Positions 46,233 through 56,085 of a stretch of 64,000 bases of DNA are shown here, piece by piece. Position numbers and translations under genes: made by a program. The stretch comes from an uncultured virus (IMG/VR IMGVR_UViG_3300044655_000681) (Duplodnaviria > Heunggongvirae > Uroviricota > Caudoviricetes), in IMG/VR virus record IMGVR_UViG_3300044655_000681, one strand, 5' to 3'. Position 1 is the first letter of the stretch. The number at the start of each line of letters is the position of its first letter. Under the pieces are notes generated by a model, which saw nothing but the letters and a program-made list of their open reading frames with translations, was not told the origin of the DNA and ran no database searches.

Positions 46233-49200
46233 ATGGCATTACCAAAGTGGATAACTCCAGCCGGCAATCTAGGAATAGTACCTGAATTAGATTACTATCA
46301 GTTCCCACTGGATGCTTATGATGCTAGTGGCGGCACATTAGTTTTTAGCCGTGTATCGGGACGTTTGCCTCCGGGCATACAGGTAGTAACTACAGGTAAA
46401 TTACAGGGCATTCCTGTAAGTGAACTGGGCGGCGATAAGAATGTTGAATATCGCTTTACTATCCGAGTTACCAACACCACAACCAATGCGGTAGCAGACC
46501 GTACATTTAACCTAACAGTTACCAACGTTGCTCCACCAGTAATCATTCCCAGGAATGTCTACTTAGGTCTATATCTAGACGGTACAGTAGTTAATCAACA
46601 ATTAGAAGCAATCGAATCAACCCCAGGTGCTACACTAACGTGGCGTGTTAAAAGTGGCGAAACTCCACCAGGTTTATCTCTTAGTACTTCTGGTCTTTTA
46701 AATGGATATGTAGAACCTATTCAAGATCCGGCACCGGGTACACAAGATGGGTGGGACGCAACTGCTTGGAACTATTTAGGATGGGATTTCCCTCTTAGAG
46801 CTATCAGTAAAACATTTACATTTACTGTAGAAGTGTTTGATGGGGTTAATTACGATCTATCAACTTATCGATTACAAGTATATCCTAGAAGCAGTTTAAC
46901 CGCAGACAATGATTCATTACCTGTAGATACCAGCACATTGACCACAGGTGTTGGCCTAAGTATTGACTATGGTAGCCTACACAATCCAATCATCACAACT
47001 GTTCAATCAGACCTTGTTCCAGCACGTCAAGGTAGTTATTTTAGCTTCAACGTAGATGCCATTGACCTAGACAATGATGTACTACAATACTCAGTGCCGG
47101 TTATAGCATCTGGTGCTTTTGACGAACAATACCTAATAGGTAATAGTATACCTTATGTAGCTGCTACTCCTATTAATGGGAACTTATTTGCTGGTTCTTG
47201 GCCTGATGCCCAATACACCATACTGCCAGAAAACACTGTTAGTACCAGCACTGTTGATCTATCCACACCAAATCTTTTGCCCGGCGATTTAATTAAAGTA
47301 AGTGATTCGACTAATTTTTGGCGCGAAGCAACTGTAAATAATCATAGTAGATTAAGACTATTTGGCAACACTATTTTAACAGGTAATGTTGGTGATTCGA
47401 TCACCCAAACATCACAACTAGGTAGTACTGCTAATATCATAGCTATAGGTGCCACAACTGGAACTATCACATTTACTGGTAATGTTATTAATGCCAATGT
47501 TGGCGACTATATTACACAACCGGATTCAGGCGCAAACGCAACAATAACATCTGCGGCAATCAGCACCTATACTGCGGTTGTTACCTTTAACAGTGGTACC
47601 TTTACAATAGGATCTGGGAATATACAGGTCAATGGCAGCAATGTTGGAATTACTGCCGTCTACCCGACAGATGTGTCTTGTTATACTGATTTAGATGTAA
47701 TCTACACTGGCAGTGTTTTTACTACAAACAGCAATGCTTATCCATTAGTGTTTAACGGAGTTAGTACTGATCAATATCCTGTTAGTGTAGTTAGCGTTGG
47801 GGTATCATTAGGTGACCTAGCAGATGAAGGCACAGTTGGATTTGATGAAGGCAAATTTGATCAAGGCCAACTAGCATTGCCCGCTGGATTATCAATTGAT
47901 CTTGGCTCGGGTTGGATTACAGGTCAATTACCTAGCCAAACAGTTAATGAAGTTACCTACGACTTCGAAGTTGTAGTATACAAACGTGACGATACTAGCT
48001 ACAGTGATAGTAAATTATACACATTAACTGTATTAGGTGATCTTAATAATAAGATTAATTGGATTACAGCAAGTGATCTAGGAACAATTGAAAACGGTAA
48101 AATAAGTGACATTGTCCTAGAAGCAGTGTCAACTAAAGATAAACCGCTGTTTTACAAATTAAGCGCCAATGGGTCGCATAGATTACCACAGGGGTTAATA
48201 GTACAATCATCAGGGCAGATCTCAGGTCGTGTGAGCTTTGAAATTTTTAGTCTAGATGTGTCGACCACCACGATCGACGGTAGCGGAACCACGTTTGACA
48301 ATACATACACCTTTACTGTAACTGCCAGTGATTATGGTCAAACTGTTAGTGCAGACCAAACATTTACTATGCGAGTTGTAGTTAGAAATACCAAACCATA
48401 CGAAGATTTGTACCTTAAAGCATTCTTAAGTATGCCGCAACGATTAATGTTCAACACATTAATGAACAATACATCTGTATTTCCACCAGCATCAATTTAT
48501 CGTGGAAATGATCCATTCTTTGGCTTGGCCAAGGAAGTTAAAACATTATTTTTACCTGGATTAGATGCTAGTACACTAAGTGACTATATAACTGCCGCTA
48601 ATACGAACCATTTTACTAAACGACTACAGTTTGGTGACGTAAAAACCGCAGTGGCTTTAGATTCAAATTTTAATGTAAAATACGAAGTTGTATATGTTGA
48701 AATCAAAGATGAAAATACTAGTGCGTCTGGTGCTCCAGCAAATACCATTAACCTAGCCAATGTAATAGACGTTCCATATTACGACCAAGATGGAAATTCA
48801 TACAATGTAGTATATCCTAATGCTTTTGATAATATGAAATCAGCAATGGTTAATGCTTTAGGATATGCTAACAAAGGTGCCCTCCCTGATTGGATGACTA
48901 GTAAACAACCAAATGGTCGTGTACTTGGATTTACCCGAGCTGTAGTGTTGGCCTATACCACTCCAGGTGAAAGCGGTAAAATTGCCTATAGATTAACAGC
49001 ACAAAACTTTAACTTTAATCAACTCGACTTTACTGTTGATCGTTACGAACTTGATAATAGTTACAGCAATAACTACGATACTAGTGTGGGAGCATTTGTT
49101 ACTGCTAGCGAAACAACGTTTGATCGTTATCCAGCATTATCTAGTACGTTCGTAGCACAGGGTACAGTTGATTATGCTTCACCAACTGCGTTTGATAGTA

Positions 49201-49910
49201 TCAATAAACACACAGTATCTTATATTAAAAATACACTCGGTGGTATTGACGGATATAAAAACTTCAAAGATGGCGATACTCTAGTATTTGCTGAACAAGA
49301 ATTCTTCCTCGGGCAAAACGATATCGGCGACTATAATCAAGGTTGGAATAATGTAACTTCTACCTGGGATGGTGACAAATGGGATGACAGTATTAATACT
49401 GTCACAACATCTGATGATTTAGGGTGGGACGCGGCTAACTACGTACCGGGATATAATGAATACCTATTAGGTACAGCATACGTAGACGGGTCAGCTGGTT
49501 TCCCCACTACTCCCGCCAATGGCGACCTATTTACATACAGTGATACGTTATATGTATATATGGAATCCGTTCTTCGTTGGCGTGTAGTTAACCAAAGAGC
49601 AGGTATATGGCAAATTAACATCGGGTCAGACGATCTTGTGACTCTAACATTAATTTCAGCTATCGGATTTAATGATAAAGTCTACGTCAGACACGGATTT
49701 ACCTACGGTGGTACGAATATATACTTTGACCCAACTGTTAAAGCTGGTAACTTGCTACCAAATTACAGTGTAATTCCTCAACAAATTCGCACTACCTATA
49801 CTACATTTGATGGTAACGGTACACGGTTCTTTAGTAATCGCGATTCTTATACTGTTCCAGGAAGCAATGATAAATATATTAAATTTCCCAAAACTGGAGT
49901 ATTTACATAA
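46233..49910 (+). CDS. Large baseplate/virion protein with putative Ig-like (He_PIG-type) repeats
   Basis: Repeated SG.LPPG......G.L.G and YTFTV motifs. Confidence 0.7.
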   Translation: MALPKWITPAGNLGIVPELDYYQFPLDAYDASGGTLVFSRVSGRLPPGIQVVTTGKLQGIPVSELGGDKNVEYRFTIRVTNTTTNAVADRTFNLTVTNVAPPVIIPRNVYLGLYLDGTVVNQQLEAIESTPGATLTWRVKSGETPPGLSLSTSGLLNGYVEPIQDPAPGTQDGWDATAWNYLGWDFPLRAISKTFTFTVEVFDGVNYDLSTYRLQVYPRSSLTADNDSLPVDTSTLTTGVGLSIDYGSLHNPIITTVQSDLVPARQGSYFSFNVDAIDLDNDVLQYSVPVIASGAFDEQYLIGNSIPYVAATPINGNLFAGSWPDAQYTILPENTVSTSTVDLSTPNLLPGDLIKVSDSTNFWREATVNNHSRLRLFGNTILTGNVGDSITQTSQLGSTANIIAIGATTGTITFTGNVINANVGDYITQPDSGANATITSAAISTYTAVVTFNSGTFTIGSGNIQVNGSNVGITAVYPTDVSCYTDLDVIYTGSVFTTNSNAYPLVFNGVSTDQYPVSVVSVGVSLGDLADEGTVGFDEGKFDQGQLALPAGLSIDLGSGWITGQLPSQTVNEVTYDFEVVVYKRDDTSYSDSKLYTLTVLGDLNNKINWITASDLGTIENGKISDIVLEAVSTKDKPLFYKLSANGSHRLPQGLIVQSSGQISGRVSFEIFSLDVSTTTIDGSGTTFDNTYTFTVTASDYGQTVSADQTFTMRVVVRNTKPYEDLYLKAFLSMPQRLMFNTLMNNTSVFPPASIYRGNDPFFGLAKEVKTLFLPGLDASTLSDYITAANTNHFTKRLQFGDVKTAVALDSNFNVKYEVVYVEIKDENTSASGAPANTINLANVIDVPYYDQDGNSYNVVYPNAFDNMKSAMVNALGYANKGALPDWMTSKQPNGRVLGFTRAVVLAYTTPGESGKIAYRLTAQNFNFNQLDFTVDRYELDNSYSNNYDTSVGAFVTASETTFDRYPALSSTFVAQGTVDYASPTAFDSINKHTVSYIKNTLGGIDGYKNFKDGDTLVFAEQEFFLGQNDIGDYNQGWNNVTSTWDGDKWDDSINTVTTSDDLGWDAANYVPGYNEYLLGTAYVDGSAGFPTTPANGDLFTYSDTLYVYMESVLRWRVVNQRAGIWQINIGSDDLVTLTLISAIGFNDKVYVRHGFTYGGTNIYFDPTVKAGNLLPNYSVIPQQIRTTYTTFDGNGTRFFSNRDSYTVPGSNDKYIKFPKTGVFT

Positions 49911-50854
49911 TGAGTAGTATTAACCCGAATAACATTGACGGTACATATCCGATCGCTGGTCAAGACAACGACAGCCAAGGTTTCCGCGATAACTTTACAA
50001 ATATTAAAAACAACTTAACCTTTGCTAAAACTGAGATTGATGATCTACAAAGCAGGGTAATAGTTACTAGCCAATTGCCGGGTGGACAGGCAATTGAAAC
50101 ACAAAACAATTTAAACAATAGTCTACTAGTTGGCGCACAATTAAAGAAAACTACATTAACAGTTAAAGACCTAGGATCACTTAGCGGCGCTGTTGATGTA
50201 AGCTGGGCTGACAGTAGCTATCAACTATTACAAACTAACGGTAGTGTGGCTTTAACTTTTTCAGGTTGGCCAACTAGTGGTTTTTACGGTAGCCTAATCT
50301 TAGAAATTGGTATAACAAATACAGCCCACACAATTACCTTACCATCCGAAGTTAGCGTAGGCAATGCTCGTATCCAAGGTGCTAGCGTAAGTAATGTAAT
50401 TACAGTTGATACTGTTGACATTATTCAACTCGAATTTAGTACTTGGGATAACGGTGATACTATTACTGTTAAGGACTTATCTCGCAACTACGATACTACT
50501 GATGGCTCCTTCAATGTTAGTGGTAATTTAACTATTGCTGGTGGACGTCGTGATACTGGCTATTTGCACATAGGTTCTCCTGCTAGTGACTTTAGTACCC
50601 AGGCCAACGTTGGTATTAGTCGTGTGGTTATTGACCCAAGTGCGACCATTGCCAACGGCACATTGACATTACCACCAGGCAACGTTGATGCTACTATTGT
50701 TACTGTTAGTTCAACTGCTGATATTACAGCATTTGCTATTAAAGGCTACGGCAACGTAGTAGTTAAACCAAGTGCCAACGTTACATTGACTGCTGGTACC
50801 AGTGTAGAATACTTCTACAAAGCCAGTGAATGGAAATGGTACAAAGTACGTTAA
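49910..50854 (+). CDS. Putative virion structural protein
   Basis: YPIAGQDNDSQGFRDNF N-terminal motif; TAATG coupling. Confidence 0.65.
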   Translation: MSSINPNNIDGTYPIAGQDNDSQGFRDNFTNIKNNLTFAKTEIDDLQSRVIVTSQLPGGQAIETQNNLNNSLLVGAQLKKTTLTVKDLGSLSGAVDVSWADSSYQLLQTNGSVALTFSGWPTSGFYGSLILEIGITNTAHTITLPSEVSVGNARIQGASVSNVITVDTVDIIQLEFSTWDNGDTITVKDLSRNYDTTDGSFNVSGNLTIAGGRRDTGYLHIGSPASDFSTQANVGISRVVIDPSATIANGTLTLPPGNVDATIVTVSSTADITAFAIKGYGNVVVKPSANVTLTAGTSVEYFYKASEWKWYKVR

Positions 50855-50923
50855 TTTAATACCAAAACCACTTGACTCCTTATGTTACATTAGTATATAA
50901 TGTAGTATAAGGAGTTTTTCATT

Positions 50924-51331
50924 ATGCAAATTGATTTAAACAAGTATCATGACTTTGTTCAAGTAGTAACTAGCAAAGAATCAAACTATCCTGATGACTT
51001 TATAGCTAGAATTAAAGAAATCAACGATACCACAACCATTAATCCAAGTTTATTATTAACAGCCGCAATGGGCTTAGCCGCAGAAGGTGGCGAGTTTGTT
51101 GAAATTCCTAAGAAGATTGTATTTCAGGGTAAACCAGTAAACGAAGAAAACATCTTTCATATGAAACGTGAACTAGGTGATATCATGTGGTATTGGATCA
51201 ACGCTTGCCGCGCACTTAACCTAGACCCCAACGATGTTATTGCTGAAAATGTACGCAAGTTAGAATCACGTTACCCAGGTGGTAGCTTTGACGCACACTA
51301 CAGCGAGAATCGTCGAGACGGAGATTTATAA
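50924..51331 (+). CDS. MazG-like nucleotide pyrophosphohydrolase
   Basis: GLAAEGGEFVEIPKK, KRELGDIMWY, NVRKLESRYP. Confidence 0.88.
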   Translation: MQIDLNKYHDFVQVVTSKESNYPDDFIARIKEINDTTTINPSLLLTAAMGLAAEGGEFVEIPKKIVFQGKPVNEENIFHMKRELGDIMWYWINACRALNLDPNDVIAENVRKLESRYPGGSFDAHYSENRRDGDL

Positions 51332-51570
51332 TGCACCCACTTGCCCCAAATCTAACAGGCTTTACTGATGACGAATTACACGGTAAAAGAGCAGAACTAC
51401 AAAATCGTATGATGTTTGCTTATCGTATGGGGCACGGTGATATGATTGGTCAGATTCAACTATTGTTAAATGATTATGATATGGAAATTCAAAAGCGTAA
51501 TCAAAAAATGCTAGAAGATATGAATAAAAATGGCAAGAACTTCGCAGACAAAATTAATATCAGCAAATGA
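51331..51570 (+). CDS. Hypothetical protein
   Basis: TAATG coupling, GGAG RBS. Confidence 0.7.
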   Translation: MHPLAPNLTGFTDDELHGKRAELQNRMMFAYRMGHGDMIGQIQLLLNDYDMEIQKRNQKMLEDMNKNGKNFADKINISK

Positions 51571-52079
51571 AATACGACGAATACGGTAGAACTTTTACAA
51601 CTAGCAACGAGCTATGCGAATTACTGTATAGGAATCCCCAGCTGGATTTAAGCCTGTTTTTGGTAGAAGATCCGCAGGATTTTAACAAAAGTAGAGCCGA
51701 TTTACACGCAGAAGTGCCTAATTTGAAAGGCTATGTAACCTTAGCCGATAGTATTGAAGAATTTGATCAACGCTTTCAAAACAAATGGCACATGCCCGAT
51801 GAATATAAAAAATTAGACATCGCCGAATACATTTTGGGTTTATGTCAAGAAGAGTATGAACTACAACGTGTGGCCCAAGAGTTATTACTATATCAAGAAC
51901 GTGATTTGTTTGATCTACTGCGTTACTTAAAATATCTAGTAGATACCTTGCGCAAAAATAATGTAGTATGGGGAGTAGGACGAGGATCAAGTGTAGCAAG
52001 TTATGTACTATTCTTGTTAGGAGTACATAAAATTAACAGTATATATTATGATTTATCTGTGGAAGAATTCCTCAAATAA
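51567..52079 (+). CDS. Short DNA polymerase III alpha (DnaE)-like fragment protein
   Basis: RV..EL......L.YLVD.LR...V.WGVGRGSSVASYVLFLLGV..I matches the DnaE GRGS region; ends before the catalytic DID motif. Confidence 0.75.
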   Translation: MKYDEYGRTFTTSNELCELLYRNPQLDLSLFLVEDPQDFNKSRADLHAEVPNLKGYVTLADSIEEFDQRFQNKWHMPDEYKKLDIAEYILGLCQEEYELQRVAQELLLYQERDLFDLLRYLKYLVDTLRKNNVVWGVGRGSSVASYVLFLLGVHKINSIYYDLSVEEFLK

Positions 52080-52104
52080 ATACGCATATAATAGGAGAAA
52101 CAAA

Positions 52105-52569
52105 ATGTCAAATATCTATAGAACTGCTGGTGGGAAACAGATTAATATGGATTCGTTGCGTATAGCAAATGAAAGTGTTATTGCTGTAGGTAATATGAGA
52201 ACAAATGCTCGCGGTGACCAATTAGGCCCCGGTGGCAATGTAGTTAAATCTAGAACACAATTATTACAAGATTATCATAAACTTAATACCCCAGTTATTA
52301 ATCATTCACCGTTGGAAGAAGATTCTGCGCCTGCTAACGATATCAAGGCAGCTATGGCTAATACTAGAAAATTAAAAACCCCCACAATCGGTGCTGCTCC
52401 CAATCCGGTGATCGAAGAAGAAGAAGTATCAGAACCGGGGTATGTAAAACCTCGTGGCAGTTTTGCTGAAGCAGTAGCAGGCCAAACTGAAGTTAGTACT
52501 GAATTATTAGATCCAAAACCATTGAATGGTAGTTTGGGCAGTCAAGCGCAAGGCGTACAACGCATTTAA
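52105..52569 (+). CDS. Hypothetical protein
   Basis: ATAAATA motif and AGGAG RBS before MSNIY; AVGNMRTNARGDQLGPGG. Confidence 0.7.
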   Translation: MSNIYRTAGGKQINMDSLRIANESVIAVGNMRTNARGDQLGPGGNVVKSRTQLLQDYHKLNTPVINHSPLEEDSAPANDIKAAMANTRKLKTPTIGAAPNPVIEEEEVSEPGYVKPRGSFAEAVAGQTEVSTELLDPKPLNGSLGSQAQGVQRI

Positions 52570-52578
52570 AGGATAGAT

Positions 52579-52935
52579 ATGGCTAGTGTATTTGAACCAG
52601 ATAGAGTTAAAAAAATTAGAGCATTACAAGATCACGTTATTGTAACTGATATGAATTTTGATCAAAAGATCAGCTACGGTGGCATTATTATACCTAACAC
52701 TGACGGTAAGTTAGAGGGTATCCATCCTAGATGGGGTCGTGTGTATGCTATCGGTAACCGGCAACGTGATATTCGTGTAGGACAATATGTCCTGGTTAAA
52801 CACGGTCGTTGGACTCGGGGCGTTGACATTATCGACGATGATGGTGAAAAAACTATACGTCGAGTTGATCAAAATGACATCTTAATGATCAGTGATGAAC
52901 CGGTACAAGATGAAACTATCGGAAGAGGCTTATAG
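52579..52935 (+). CDS. Divergent GroES-like co-chaperonin
   Basis: RALQDHVIV, SYGGIIIP, G.VYAIG, I.VGQ.VL, V..NDIL pattern. Confidence 0.75.
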   Translation: MASVFEPDRVKKIRALQDHVIVTDMNFDQKISYGGIIIPNTDGKLEGIHPRWGRVYAIGNRQRDIRVGQYVLVKHGRWTRGVDIIDDDGEKTIRRVDQNDILMISDEPVQDETIGRGL

Positions 52936-52994
52936 TATTGACAATTAGATTTTTTTATGTTAATATATAACTTATTAAAAATAAAGGAACTAGT

Positions 52995-53159
52995 GTGAAT
53001 AACTTAGATCAAGTAGTGATTGACCAACACAATCTGGCACGTCAGGTTGAAGAAGTATTCGGGCAGTGTAAACTCAGCATAGAAATGCGTAGAATTGCTG
53101 ATACACTTTCGACTCTTAAAAGTCCACTTAAACAATCAACAGCTAAAGGCGATCAATGA
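52995..53159 (+). CDS. Hypothetical 54-aa protein (not in ORF track)
   Basis: AAGGA RBS, GTG start, ATGA overlap with the clamp loader gene. Confidence 0.55.
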   Translation: MNNLDQVVIDQHNLARQVEEVFGQCKLSIEMRRIADTLSTLKSPLKQSTAKGDQ

Positions 53160-54076
53160 AACAATTATGGGTAGAACAATACCGTCCCAACGATGTGGAT
53201 GGTTATGTGTTTCGCGATGAAGCACAACGAACACAGGTTAAACAATGGATTAAAGAAGGTAGTATTCCGCACTTACTGTTCTCAGGAGCAGCAGGTATTG
53301 GTAAAACTACCCTAGCTAAGATCCTTATCAATCAATTGGGCATCGACGAATATGATCTATTAGAACTAAATGCGTCTCGTGAGAATAACGTAGACACAGT
53401 TCGTGATCGTATTACTAACTTCGTACAAACTATGCCTTTTGGTAAATTTAAGGTTGTATTATTAGACGAAGCTGATTATCTAAGTCCAAATGCGCAGGCA
53501 GCTTTACGTGGAGTTATGGAAAGCTATAGTGAAACAGCACGTTTTATCTTAACCTGTAACTATCCACACAAAATTATCCCAGCACTACATAGTCGTTGTC
53601 AAGGCTTTCACATTGAGAAAGTTGACCATACTGAGTTTACAGCACGTGCGGCAACTGTGTTAGTAACAGAAGGTGTGGACTTTGACTTAGATACCTTAGA
53701 TAGTTTTGTAACTACTACCTATCCAGACCTGCGTAAGTGTTTAAACCTGCTACAAATGAACAGTGTTGATGGTAAGTTAAAACCACCAATTGGCAGTAGC
53801 GCAGGCTCGGCAGATTACAAATTAGCAATGGTTGATTTATTCAAACACGGTAAAATTCGAGAAGCCCGCAAGCTATTATGTGAACAGGCTCGCCCAGAAG
53901 AAATGGAAGAAATTATCTCATGGGCATATAATAACTTACAACTCTGGAGCAACAACGAAGAAGGGCAAGACGAAGCAATTCTTACTATACGAAAGGCAGC
54001 AGTTAATGCTTCTTTTGTGGCAGATCAAGAAATAAACCTTGCCGCTATGATGGTAGAACTCTCACAAATTAAATAA
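53156..54076 (+). CDS. Clamp loader small subunit (RFC/T4 gp44-like AAA+ ATPase)
   Basis: WVEQYRP, GAAGIGKTT, ELNAS, LLDEAD, FILTCNY, SRC motif. Confidence 0.93.
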   Translation: MKQLWVEQYRPNDVDGYVFRDEAQRTQVKQWIKEGSIPHLLFSGAAGIGKTTLAKILINQLGIDEYDLLELNASRENNVDTVRDRITNFVQTMPFGKFKVVLLDEADYLSPNAQAALRGVMESYSETARFILTCNYPHKIIPALHSRCQGFHIEKVDHTEFTARAATVLVTEGVDFDLDTLDSFVTTTYPDLRKCLNLLQMNSVDGKLKPPIGSSAGSADYKLAMVDLFKHGKIREARKLLCEQARPEEMEEIISWAYNNLQLWSNNEEGQDEAILTIRKAAVNASFVADQEINLAAMMVELSQIK

Positions 54077-54120
54077 GCAACGTAACCAGAATGTATAAAT
54101 AACATTATAAGGAGATTATA

Positions 54121-54747
54121 ATGACATTATGCGCATTTGGGTGTGGTAGCAAAGCAAAATTTATTCAAAAGAATGGCAAGGAAATATGTGAAGTTAAGGC
54201 AAGTAAATGCCCTGCGCTAAGAGCAAAAAATATAAGTAATACTGGCAGAAGATTCTCTGCAGAGCATAAAGAAAAACTTAGTAAATCAAATAAAGAAACA
54301 AAATCTAAACAAACCATTGTAGCATGGAATAAAGGAATAACAAAAGAAATTCATTCTGGGATGATGGCAGTTTCAGAAGCACAAAAGCGTATAGCAATAG
54401 AGCAAATTACTAAAATTATCTCATCAACTGATCCGATATACAATAACTTCAGAAAATACAGAAGTAGAATAGTAACTAGATCAAATTATAATTATAAATT
54501 GAATAAACAGTTACTAAACCCAGAAAATAAAAAAATTGGGAGGTTTGGGGATAATGTTTATCATTTAGATCATCTCTACCCTGTGGCAGAAGGTTTTAGA
54601 TATAGTGTACCAATCGAACTAATGTCGGCTGTTGAGAATTTACAAATTTTACCATATAAAGAAAATATTTCAAAAAGTAATAAATTGATCAATGATACTC
54701 CGGTGTCGATAAAACAATACTTAAAGGAACAACAAATTGGCAAATAA
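54121..54747 (+). CDS. Putative free-standing HNH endonuclease with NUMOD3-like motif
   Basis: FSAEHKEKLS; YHLDHLYPV...ENLQILPYKENISKSNK; perfect TATAAATA at 54094-54101; very AT-rich. Confidence 0.75.
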   Translation: MTLCAFGCGSKAKFIQKNGKEICEVKASKCPALRAKNISNTGRRFSAEHKEKLSKSNKETKSKQTIVAWNKGITKEIHSGMMAVSEAQKRIAIEQITKIISSTDPIYNNFRKYRSRIVTRSNYNYKLNKQLLNPENKKIGRFGDNVYHLDHLYPVAEGFRYSVPIELMSAVENLQILPYKENISKSNKLINDTPVSIKQYLKEQQIGK

Positions 54748-55036
54748 AAGCATTTATCTAATAGCAAAATACGCAGGTGTTCCAAAAGATCCAACACAAA
54801 CTAGTAAACCAGGATACATGAAAAATCCTGAGAATATTCATTATGATGAACAAGTATACATTGCTCGTGGCCTAAGGCAAAAAGACCTTCAAAACCAAGT
54901 AATTTTGAACCTAACTGAAGAGAAAATCATTAAAAACATCTTCAATCCTGGCAAATCTTTTGAAGAAATCTTTACTCACTACTATGACAGCTATGCTGAC
55001 TATATTGACGATTGTGTTAATCAACTAAATTCTTAG
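54737..55036 (+). CDS. Hypothetical protein
   Basis: AAGGA RBS, TTG start. Confidence 0.65.
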   Translation: MANKSIYLIAKYAGVPKDPTQTSKPGYMKNPENIHYDEQVYIARGLRQKDLQNQVILNLTEEKIIKNIFNPGKSFEEIFTHYYDSYADYIDDCVNQLNS

Positions 55037-56069
55037 TTAGAGAATTATTGATTAATGGTTGCTCTTTAACGCCACAGTGACTATTACAACGCAATAGTCT
55101 TCCATCTTTATAACTAGTCTTAGCCCAAGAGTCTTCTACCTTACTAAACCACTCCATACATTCACGTAAAGGGTGGTTTAACGCATTTATTTTTTGATCT
55201 GCTATCAATACTTTTACCTGCTCATTACCCCAAGAAGTTGCGGGCCCGTAAGTACTAGAATACATACCTAAATAACAACACGGGCTTATATCACCGTTAG
55301 AAGACACATAAATTGATCCTTCATTTATAATCTGACAGACTATTTTTTCGTGTACAGGTTCTTGATAGTTTGGACCTGGGAAATTAACAATAACATCTTC
55401 TAATTCTTTATGATATGTTTTATATTTTCCTACGTCTCTAGTACCAATATCATGTGAATAGTCACCATTACGATCGTATACAGTGCCTTGATTCCTACTA
55501 TGATCAACTAGTTCAAACTCAGCGAATCCCAAATCTACCGACATTTGCCTACATGCGTCAATCTGATGTTGATTATGATCAAATTTAATCATTTTCCATC
55601 TAGCACAACCACCTGCGGCTATATATGTTTTTGCATTGTCTATTACTCGTTGCCAATCAGTGTCTATTCGATACAGATGATGTGTATCTGCTAGACCATC
55701 TAGACAAAAGTGAATTTCTATATTCTTAGTTGCTCCTAATTGATGCCAGAAGTCTTTAGTCCTGGCACTACCGTTGGTGCTTATAAATACTTTTAATTTT
55801 GTATTGTTTGTTTGGAAATATTTGATAATTTCTAGAGCATCTGACGCTAGCATAAAATCACCAAAATTACCATTTAGGTAGATATCTCGCAATCGACTTA
55901 CAAAACTAACGTCAAACATAGTTTTAATATTATCAAGAGAAAGAGAAGTTACTGGGTAACCTAAATTCATCGGGTACCCATGAAAGTTTCTAGGGCACAG
56001 AGGGCACCTAGCATTACAATTTGAAGAGAGCTCTAAATGTAGAGCCCTCACGTCCTCATATTTAATCAT
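55017..56069 (-). CDS. Radical SAM protein with C-terminal SPASM/twitch-like Cys cluster
   Basis: CNARCPLC; NGNFGD; STNG; C...IYVSSNGDISPCC...CNSHC. Confidence 0.88.
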   Translation of the reverse strand: MIKYEDVRALHLELSSNCNARCPLCPRNFHGYPMNLGYPVTSLSLDNIKTMFDVSFVSRLRDIYLNGNFGDFMLASDALEIIKYFQTNNTKLKVFISTNGSARTKDFWHQLGATKNIEIHFCLDGLADTHHLYRIDTDWQRVIDNAKTYIAAGGCARWKMIKFDHNQHQIDACRQMSVDLGFAEFELVDHSRNQGTVYDRNGDYSHDIGTRDVGKYKTYHKELEDVIVNFPGPNYQEPVHEKIVCQIINEGSIYVSSNGDISPCCYLGMYSSTYGPATSWGNEQVKVLIADQKINALNHPLRECMEWFSKVEDSWAKTSYKDGRLLRCNSHCGVKEQPLINNSLTKNLVD

Positions 56070-56085
56070 GCAATTATTTATTGCA

